Shown here: piece after piece, positions 55,963-64,000 of the stretch
How the letters are laid out: each line of letters starts with the position of its first letter
Position numbering within the stretch: the stretch's first letter is position 1
DNA from: Diadema antillarum
Taxonomy: Eukaryota
Reading direction: 5' to 3'
NCBI RefSeq assembly: GCF_040938485.1
Contig: NW_027271658.1
Span: forward strand, 2,976,001 to 3,040,000
Length of the DNA stretch: 64,000 nt
Notes under the pieces: generated by a model
The model's input: the letters and a program-made list of their open reading frames with translations, nothing else
What the model was told of the DNA's origin: nothing
The model's database searches: none
Position numbers and translations under genes: made by a program

Positions 55963-56928
55963 TTACCCGTTTAACTGCTGGGCCTGATGAAGGGCGTCCC
56001 TCCGGCCCTGGAGTGCCGCACTCTCCCCTGGCGCCATCCGTGTCGGACAATTCCTCCGCCAGTGTCCTGTTTGGCCGCACTCCCAGCACTCCTGGCGTTG
56101 ACCAACGGACCCCTTGGGGCTGCTCGACGCCAGTTCCAGGGCCTCAAGCCTCCCCTCAAGCGCCGCCACCCTCTCCGTGGTCCTTCTCTGTGTGGCAACC
56201 ACCTCTTTCAGCAGGGACAGCGTGTCTTCCGATGACTTGCTGATTTGGAGGAGTCTGGCCCTGGTGTCCTCGGTGTGGTCAGGAGTTGCGGTAGCATGGG
56301 CGAAGCTAGCAGCGGGCCGGCGCGTCTTTCCCTGTCGCCCCCACGTGAACCTCCTAACCTCCTCGCGCAGACCCCAGAATGACATGGTGTGAGGTCTCAT
56401 GGGGGCAAGCCGAAGTCGGAGCTCCTCGTCCCTCAAGCCGCGCATAAATTGGTTAACGAGGAAACACTCCCCTTGCCCTTGCGGATAATCATCAGCGATA
56501 CGCGTAAAGAGGGACTGGAGAGCGATTGCGTAGGACTGGGCACTTTCTCCAGTCCTCTGCATTCGCTCGTAGAAGGCGGCGAACGGATCGTCCGTAGGGG
56601 CGTCTCCGTATTCCGCCCTCAGCTCATTTAAGGCCGCTTTCGGGGTCTGCTCCTCGTAGGCCAGATTTAACACCAGACGGTGGGCCTCTCCACTGAGATT
56701 TCTAACAATTGTAGAGAATTGAAGAGAGGGCGGGGTACGGCTGGAAGAGAAAAAGTATTCCAGGTCCCTAATCCAGTCATCGATGCCCATTTTTGATTCC
56801 CTTCCGCTAAAAATAGGGACCCCCCTAACCTGGGTGAAAGCTGGGCCCGCCAGCGTGGGAACCTCCTGCTGAGTCGACAGATTGATTGGGGCATCGATGA
56901 GCAATTCCGCTTCTGCTCGAGTAGCCAT
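55963..56928 (-). CDS. Gypsy gag (PNMA-like capsid with CCHC knuckle), 321 aa, intact
   Basis: FSGR....IDDW; QRTGESAQSYA..L; CWECGQTGHWRRNC; ends at G TTA AAC (probable -1 frameshift site). Confidence 0.92.
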   Translation of the reverse strand: MATRAEAELLIDAPINLSTQQEVPTLAGPAFTQVRGVPIFSGRESKMGIDDWIRDLEYFFSSSRTPPSLQFSTIVRNLSGEAHRLVLNLAYEEQTPKAALNELRAEYGDAPTDDPFAAFYERMQRTGESAQSYAIALQSLFTRIADDYPQGQGECFLVNQFMRGLRDEELRLRLAPMRPHTMSFWGLREEVRRFTWGRQGKTRRPAASFAHATATPDHTEDTRARLLQISKSSEDTLSLLKEVVATQRRTTERVAALEGRLEALELASSSPKGSVGQRQECWECGQTGHWRRNCPTRMAPGESAALQGRRDALHQAQQLNG

Positions 56929-57496
56929 TTCTTAATGTCTAACTTTGAACTTAACAATTAATAATAAAGGGAAATCTGCTGGGGGGGGGGAGCAAAGGAA
57001 GGAACAAAGAACCTCAAAGAAAGGGAAGGAAGTGAAAATGCAAATTGAGCCTAGTCAAACTAGCATTGAACAAGCAAAATGAATATGGATTAAGCACTAA
57101 TATCCGCCCAATCACAAACAAGCATATACAATTTCGCCGATAAAAATACAAATCATTAAACCATCGACAAAGATCTCGAGGGATAAAACAAATTCTGCTT
57201 TCAACTTCTATGCTCCCAAGTAGAGTGCTCCTTCATTCCTCTGCTCGTCCGGTGGCGTCCCTCAGGGATATAGCGTTGACTTTGATGCTGCATAGTCCCT
57301 CACCGTTGACTTCGATGTCGTGTAGTCCCCCAGTGTTGACTTCGATGTCGTGCAGTACCTCAGTGTTGACCCTCAGTCCCCGTTGGTGCAAGCAAGATCC
57401 AGCCCAAGACAGCCTGGTCAATGTTGGGACACGGTCGTGTGTCCTCCCCCTCGCAATTGTGTGCCAACCTGCTTAACAGAGAGACAGCTTGTCCGA

Positions 57497-57514
57497 ATCC
57501 TGCCGACTACGCCG
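57497..57514 (-). promoter_or_regulatory. Primer binding site complementary to the tRNA-Ser 3' end
   Basis: Plus strand reads GTCCGAATCCTGCCGACTACGCCG versus the tRNA-Ser 3' end GTTCGAATCCTGCCGACTACGCCA (17/18 over the terminal 18 nt); 3 nt from the LTR. Confidence 0.85.
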
Positions 57515-57517
57515 AAA

Positions 57518-57865
57518 TGTAACCCGTCTTTGTTGCGAGAAGACTGGCTACGAGAGTAACTCTGTAAAACAGAAGGCAAGAGACGAGGAATGGTTAAGGT
57601 GATATCGACGTCGGACGAACTGCGATAAGTCGCCGAGTGGTGTTCTTGACTTCCGGCGGGGGATATTTGCATATTTTAAACAATTTTATACCAGACCAAT
57701 TACCATAAAATAAGGGCTTCATAAAGGCGGTTCACGACGACGTGTGGTCACGTGACCAGCGAAAGGGAAGGTTCCAGAATCCCATTCACATGTGATTCAA
57801 AATGCAGGAAGGGAAACATGTCATACATTTAACATTCTATTCTCGTTACCAGCCGCCTGGTTACA
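57518..57865 (-). repeat. 5' LTR
   Basis: 18 substitutions versus the 3' LTR (manual alignment); contains octamer ATTTGCAT and the palindromic E-box GGTCACGTGACC. Confidence 0.97.
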
Positions 57866-57975
57866 CATATATGCAGACCTAAGTTTCCAATGTTCTCAGG
57901 TAAGAGTGTGCAAGAATGCATGGAAGGTGAAATTGCGATACTCGGGTGAGCGTGTGACCCCCAGGTCTCTTGTTT

Positions 57976-59470
57976 CAATTTTGCATCTTTGAGTCTTATA
58001 AACCTAACAATAAAGAGAAACTTTGCTTCCTATGTGTATTGAGGTTGTGGTCGAGTATACCAAGCTAAGTGTGGCCCTGCATGGTAAAGAAGTCAAAGGC
58101 GTGTCACTTGAGGCAATACTTCAATATTGCACTTTAGAAGACCTCAAGCTTACCAGTGTGGCAAGCTTTTGTCATGGAGGTAGATGTCCTTCTGAATACA
58201 CGTATGCCTCAAAAAGATGACTTCATTAAGGGCTTCATAAGACAGACTTCCACTCTGCAGCCATGCCTTTGAGACTCAATCATCTTCTAATTCTCGAAGC
58301 AGATAATGATGGATCTGTTGACCAGTCTCCCATTCATGTTGCCCTGTGATGTAAAATTTAAAGGTCCACTTTTCCACCAGACGATTGGCACCACCTCTGT
58401 ATGAGTTGCACACCAATATAGATGACTGAACATTGGTTGTATCCAGGGTACAAGTACCTCACATGACTTCTATTTGGGAGCATCAAGAAGCTTCTTTTTT
58501 TTTCGATGGATTTGGCAAGATGACACATATCAAATTGGTGAACTACATATGGATGTTCTTTCTTTATCAAAGCACAAAATACCCTCATGCTGGTCTGAAG
58601 CCACAAGTGATAGCCTCACTTGATCTCTTGCAAGGCTCTAAAACCGAAGCAATAATTTCATTGGTGTGGTGATCCATCATTGAGTGAGTGCAATATTTTG
58701 CCAAAAATCCTGAAGAATCGCATTGTCCATCCCCACATAGGTCCTATTATACCTCTACTTGTGTGTTGCTGCAGGCCCTGGGAAGAGGGGCAATGTGACT
58801 GAGATAGTATTCATTAATCACTGGAAGTAGAAGATGACTCTGATAATTATAGAAAGCCAATTTGCCAATATACTCTAACCCCAGTATGAGTGCAAATGTC
58901 CATATCTACTTCTCATGATCACCATGTATAAAGAAAACAGTGGTATAAAGAATGTTACCTACACTTGTTGGATTTATGATGAGTTGTGATGCTTGGTTGA
59001 GCATCACACGCCCTGATTCTAGATGACTGACCGAGTGCCTGATGTTGACTCCTGTGTCTTGTCTATAAGGCACTGGCAGAACTCACACTGTGGACTATCA
59101 AACAGCATGTCAAGATTCTCCTGGAATACCATGTATTGGCCTTCTCTACTCAGGCAGCATGTAGCAGTGCCTCATACTCCTCCTTGTGTTCACTCTGATG
59201 GTCATTGAGGATGTAGCTTGATTCTGATGCTGCCATGGGATCACTTGGGATGGAACTGTCGTCTGAAGACAACTTTGTCCTGCTACGGTGAGAAGGCTGT
59301 CATGTACAGTAGACAGAAGCAAAAAATTGTGATTATACTTCACCTATTCTGGCCAAACAAGATAACATCTAGGTTTGCCATAGTGAACAAATAAAAGGAA
59401 TGAAAACTTTATTTGGTTCTGTCATTAACACATCACAGTTTTTTTTTTCTTCAAAATAATATGTCTTTGA
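57976..59470 (-). mobile_element. Decayed Kolobok-type (DDE; may be annotated as Mutator-like) transposase, copy 1
   Basis: LCGDGQCDSSGFLAKYC.HSMMD; HPYVVHQFDMCHLAKS; QLS..DHNLNTHRK-like C-terminal motif; many stops. Confidence 0.7.
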
Positions 59471-59479
59471 TAGGATCAA

Positions 59480-60118
59480 ATCTAATGCTGTGCTGTTCCA
59501 ACTGTCCTAGCACAGAAATCTTGCTGCCCACATTTGGCCTGTTTACAGCTAGTGCAGGCCTTGTCCGTTTAACTGTTTGGCCTGATGAAGGGCATCAATC
59601 TAATCCTGGTTACTGCACTGTTCCCTAGTCCCCTTCTTGCCAGACAATCCCTCCACCAGTGTTCAGGTTGGCCACATTCCCAGCACTCCTGGTGTTGAGT
59701 AATTGGCCCTCTGGGGTTGTACAAGGCCACTTCCAGTGCTTCCAGTCTTCCCTCAAGCACTGTTTCCTTCTCAGTGGTTTGTCTTTTCTGCAGCTGTGAT
59801 GTCTTTAGCAAGGTCAATGTGTCCTCCCACGTCTTGCTGATGTGGAGGAATCTCTCTTTGGTCTCATCAGTATGATCTGGAGTGGTAGCAGTGTGGGAGC
59901 AAGTTGCTGCTGCCTTTCCTTGCTGCTTCCCCATGAACCTCCTAACCTCATGGAAACTCCTGAAGGACATGGTGCAGGGTTTCATTAGTGCGAGTCATAG
60001 TCTGAATTGAGAATTGGAGAGAATTGGAGAAAGTTGGGCTTGTTGTTGATGGTACCTCCTGCTGAGTCGACAGATTGATGAGAGCGCTGATGAGCTCTGT
60101 GTCTGCTCGAGTAGCCAT
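59480..60118 (-). mobile_element. Internally deleted Gypsy gag relic (same family as the full-length element)
   Basis: MATRADTELI.A.INLSTQQEVP and TATTPDHTDET..R.L.ISK..EDTL.LLK...LEGRLEALE......QECWECGQ.EHW.R.C versus intact gag. Confidence 0.9.
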
Positions 60119-60119
60119 T

Positions 60120-61880
60120 TTGAAAATTGCATCCTTAGGTGCTATACACCTATTACAATAAAGAGAAGCCTGCTTCCTATGTGTATTGAGGTTGTGGTCG
60201 AGTATAGCAAGCTGAGTGTGGCCCTGCATGGTGAAGAAGTCAAAGGCGTGTCACTTGAGGCAATACTTCAATATTGCACTTTAGAAGACCTCAAGCTTAC
60301 CAGTGTGAGCGCTGATGAGCTCTGTGTCTGCTCGAGTAGCCATTTTGAAAATTGCACCCTTAGGTGCTATACACCTATTACAATAAAGAGAAGCCTGCTT
60401 CCTATGTGTATTGAGGTTGTGGTCGAGTATAGCAAGCTGAGTGTGGCCCTGCATGGTTAAGAAGATAAAGGCTTGTCACTATGGACAATACTTCAACATC
60501 GCACTATAGAAGTCCTGAAGAGACAGATGTCCTCCAGAATATGCCTTAAAAAGATGATATCATTGAGGGCTTCATGAGACGGCCTTCTGTGCAGCCAAGC
60601 CTTGAAGTCTTAATCTTCTAATTCGTCAAGGGAGCAATGATGGATTTGCTGACCAGTCTCCCATTCATGTTAGTATGTGTTGTAGAACATAAGGGAGGTC
60701 CAGTTCTCCACCAGAAGATCGGCACCACCTCCGCATGAGTCCGGACACCACCATAGATATATATTGATTGTATCTAGTGTGCTAGTGCTTCACATGACTA
60801 CTTCTTGGCAGCCTCAAGGAGCTTCTTTTTGACGGACTTGGCAAGATGCCACACATTAAACTGGTGAACAACCTTTGGATACCCCTTCTTTATCAAAGCA
60901 TGAATACCCACATGCTGGTCTGTAGCCACAAGTAATGGCATCACTTGATCTCTTGCAAGGCTCCTCACGCAGTGCTGAAAGCCTGGCTTCTCCATTGCCA
61001 CAGAGCCTGTTGTCTCAGACACCTGTACTAAAGCTGAAGCAAAAAAATTCATTGGTGTAGCAACTCACTGAGTAAGTGCAATATTTCGCCAAATAGCCTG
61101 AAGAATTACATCTTCCTTCCCCACGTGCCTCTACCTGTGTGTTGGTGCAGGGACTGCGAATATGGCAGTGTGACTGAGATAGTATTCATTAACTACAGGA
61201 AGTAGAAAATGACTCTGATAGTCATAAAAGCCAATTTGCCAATATACTTCAACCCCAGTACAGCTGCAAAGGTCCATATCCACTTCTCAGTAGCACCATT
61301 TAAAAGAATAGCAGTGGTACAAAGAATATTACCTGCACCTGTCTGATTTATGATGGGTTGAGATGCCCAGTTGAGCATCACATGTCCAGATAAGCATATT
61401 AGTTTAACTCAAAGGAGAGTATACTTGGTGTTGATTTCTGCTTCTCGTCTACTTTGCACTGGCAGAACTCACAGCGTAGACTATGAAATAGCATGCCAAG
61501 ATTCTCCACAAATATCATGTATTTGGCCTGCTCTACACAGTAGTGGTGCCTCAATATCATGCTCCTCCTTGAGTTCATTCTGATGGTCACTAGATATGTA
61601 GCTTGATATCAGTGCTGTCATAAGATAACTTGGGATGGAACTTTCATTTGAAGATAACTTTATCCTGCTACAATAAGGAGGCTGCCATGTGCAGTAGAAA
61701 GAAGCACAAAATTGTAATTATACTTTACTACTTATTTTGGCCAAAAGGTAACATCCAGGTTTGCCTAGTGAACAAATTAAATAGAATGAAAACTTATTGG
61801 GTCTTGTCACCAATACACTATGATTTTTTTTTTCTTCAAATGATACCCGATGTCTTTGATAAGATCAGATTCAGTCTTAT
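60120..61880 (-). mobile_element. Decayed Kolobok-type transposase, copy 2
   Basis: WASQP.IN..GAGNILCTTAILL.GAT; GEGRCNSSGYLAKYCTYS; AMEK.GF; ATDQH; HQFNVWHLAKSVKKKLLEAAKK; LAILDHNLNTHRKQA. Confidence 0.75.
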
Positions 61881-62049
61881 CTCATGAATGGGGGAGGAGA
61901 GGATGGACTAATTTTTGCTTGTTTCTGATTGTAACACGTTAGTTTCATAGACATTTCTGTTATCTTCAGATCTGATACTGCCTCGTGTCCAATGATTATG
62001 GCTGGTCTGGCTAGTTTCTGACCAATTTGATGACCCTTGTTCCTTGAGT

Positions 62050-62290
62050 TTTAAGCACTTTGAGTGCCCCTCGTAGGCATGCTTCTAGTAGCTTGAACCT
62101 TTGTAGAAGTCCCGCATATGGCTTGTACCCTCCCGTGAACAACGCTGAGAATAGAAGGGCCCTTGAATTGGCAGGATCCCATAGAGAAGGTGGTTTTGAA
62201 TGCATTAGGATGGGAAGATGGCAGTGTATCTCTTGAATGTTCCCGCAGCCAGATGCAGTCTTTGAGGTACACTATCGATAACATAAATAT
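62050..62290 (-). mobile_element. Degenerate LTR-retrotransposon RT fragment
   Basis: IVYLKDCI...EH...KTTFS...CQFKGPSI...VQAI...P resembles VYLDD...EH...KC.F....KV.AI..P. Confidence 0.45.
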
Positions 62291-62559
62291 TGGACCTTAA
62301 CTCATACTTTTGACCTCTGACAAAGTCCTTAACTATAACCCTAACTATAACCCTAACTCTAATGCTAACTTAGGTACTAGCTGTAGTCATTTCACCATGG
62401 CAAACTCTCCCTGATCGTAAATCTATTGGCTGTCATTTTTTCTTGGCCTGAAGTTTCGTCTTAATTCATGTGTACACGCCCTTCTGCTTTATTCTTCCAT
62501 TCAGATATTTCAAAGTATCCTCTACTCCAGATGATGTGAACTGATTATGTCACATGACA

Positions 62560-63000
62560 AAGGTGTCCAATGACTCTTGCCTTCTCTAAGTCATGCGTGA
62601 TGGAGTAGGGCAAAAGCATGTTAGCAAAATAGCTTGACCTTTTGTAACATCCTTTAATCTTCTGCTTTGAAACATCTTTGAGCACAATGAGGGGTGCAGG
62701 TAGGAGGGTATGTGGTGAATCCCTTGATATCCTTTGTGGAAAGAGAGACAAGGGTCTAGGTCCGAATGAGGTATGTCTCCTCACTGTTGAATGCATCCTC
62801 TCTTCTGATGACACCACTTGGATTACCTGCTCCTCCTGATCCCAGCCGTCACCATCAATCATGCACACAGAGGGCAACTGGTAATGGCTTGATAGACAGC
62901 TTTCACTGCTACACCAGCAAAGGCCTCCTCAGAGCACAGTGCCATAAACATGTCCAGGGGACTTCTTGAGAGGGTGTCGGCACCTGTGTTGGAGCATCAT
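62560..63000 (-). mobile_element. Degenerate Gypsy RNase H-linker/integrase fragments
   Basis: P.Q.VPWT (integrase core start) and PLIV.K.....QRM-like / VIGHL / IQVVSSEERM remnants. Confidence 0.4.
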
Positions 63001-63035
63001 GGGCGGTTCTTCATTATGAAATGGAAGTTGACCAG

Positions 63036-63204
63036 GGGGGTGTTTCATAAAGCTGTTCGTAAAGTTACGAACAACTTACGAGTGACTGGTGATCAGTTGT
63101 GATGTGCTACACTTACTAAAATTTCAATAATTCACCACAAGATCTGATCACCAGTCGCTCGTAAGTCGTTCGTAACTTTACGAACCACTTTATGAAACGG
63201 GGCC
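63036..63204. mobile_element. Hairpin MITE with CAG TSD (PIF/Harbinger-group, CWG target)
   Basis: cag|gggggtgtttcataaagctgttcgtaaagttacgaac ... gttcgtaactttacgaaccactttatgaaacggggcc|cag. Confidence 0.8.
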
Positions 63205-63207
63205 CAG

Positions 63208-64000
63208 TTCTGCCACCCAGAGTGCCTTACACAGTTTCTTCTTGGCAGCATCAGGAAGCTTCTTTTTGATGGATTTGGCAAGATGCCAGACATTAAATTG
63301 TTGAACTACATTTAGATAATCTTTCTAAATCAAAGCATTAATACCTACATGCCAGTCTGTAGCCACAAGTAATGGCATCGCTTGATCTGTCACAAGGCTG
63401 TCCATGTACCACTGAAATCCAAGCTTCATTGTCTTTGAGCTTTTCTTGGACACCTGTACTATATAAAAGCTGAAGCAATAATTTCATTGGTGTGGCGATC
63501 CATCATTGAGTAAGTACATTATTTTGCAGAATAGCCTGAAGAATCGAACTGTCCATCCCCACATACCTCTACTTGTGTGTTGTTGCGGGCATTGCAAAGA
63601 GGGGCAATGTGACTAAGACTGTATTCATTTAAACTACAGGAAGTAGAAAATGACTCTTATAGTCATAAAAAGCCAATTTGCTAACATACTTCATCCCCAT
63701 GCAGTGTGGCTACAAAAGTTTGTATCTGTTTCTTCCCAAGTAGTCCCATTATTAAAGAATATCAAAGGTACAAAGAGTGTTACCCACACCTCTCCTCTGA
63801 TTCATGATGGGTTGTGATGCCCAGTTGAGCATCACTGTATATGTCCAGAAAAGCAGATTAGTTTGACTCAAAGGAGAATACATGATGTTGATTTCTGCTT
63901 CTCATTTACTTTCTCCTCATGTTCACTGTGATGGTCACTAGAGATGTAGCATGATTCCGATGCTGTCATGGGATCACTTTGGATGGAACTTTCATTTGAA
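63208..64000 (-). mobile_element. Decayed Kolobok-type transposase, copy 3 (runs off the window)
   Basis: VCGDGQFDSSGYSAK*CTYSMMDRHTNEII; DNA collinear with copies 1 and 2. Confidence 0.7.

Larger units (their letters stand above)
51685..57865 (-). mobile_element. Full-length Ty3/Gypsy LTR retrotransposon (6181 bp), defective
   Basis: 348-bp TG...CA LTRs at 51685-52032 and 57518-57865; 4-bp TSD CATA on both sides; PBS; PPT; gag, PR, RT and IN domains. Confidence 0.97.
50584..57974. mobile_element. HINE/Helentron-like non-autonomous element with ~340-bp internal tandem units, split by the Gypsy insertion
   Basis: 5' tttttagctctcctgagcc..ggctcaagtgagc plus a (CGTC)-like block; units with accaaacttggcaggtagcatcc at ~50715, ~51045 and ~51395; 3' end ctcgggtgagcg...ggtctcttgttt at ~57941-57975. 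Confidence 0.7.

Noticed and set aside
57250-57370. CRISPR-like array (three ~30-bp repeats); likewise the HINE tandem units
   Set aside because: Contiguous tandem repeats without unique spacers, in a eukaryotic retroelement 5' UTR; no cas genes.
57491-57514. tRNA-Ser gene
   Set aside because: Only the 3' ~24 nt match, directly beside the LTR; it is the PBS.
52227-57672. Many plus-strand and alternative-frame ORFs over the Gypsy element
   Set aside because: Shadow ORFs of GC-rich retroelement sequence with no motifs.
62328-62372. Telomere-like TAACCC repeats
   Set aside because: Only two or three degenerate 12-bp units (ctaactataacc), typical of repeat-element internal motifs.

Overview
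AT-rich, intron-containing metazoan DNA. It is probably an invertebrate deuterostome such as a sea urchin; this is inferred from the repeat landscape and protein style, not proven. There is one assembly gap (10966-11212). Two spliced host genes are arranged head-to-head with ATGs about 320 bp apart. ATE1 (arginyl-tRNA--protein transferase, minus strand, 32679->15944, 514 aa) carries a pair of mutually exclusive 129-nt exons matching vertebrate exons 7A/7B. A fungal-type BMT2 rRNA m1A methyltransferase-like gene lies on the plus strand (33001->40741, 6 exons, 280 aa). Their introns hold MITEs, Helentron-like (HINE) repeats, a CR1-type LINE 3' end and a fragmented Penelope element. From just after the BMT2 polyA signal (~41.1 kb) to the window end, the DNA is a dense patchwork of transposon coding fragments from many superfamilies: DIRS-type tyrosine recombinase, Academ, Harbinger, piggyBac, Gypsy, BEL and Kolobok-type. 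It also holds one full-length 6.2-kb Gypsy element (348-bp LTRs, CATA TSD, tRNA-Ser PBS, RNase H deleted) nested in a HINE. Almost every orientable fragment lies on the minus strand and the region shows CpG decay. This architecture resembles a uni-strand (flamenco-like) piRNA cluster, and is the most interesting hypothesis in the window. No gene in 1-15 kb could be identified with confidence. All family assignments come from motif recognition by eye, not database searches.
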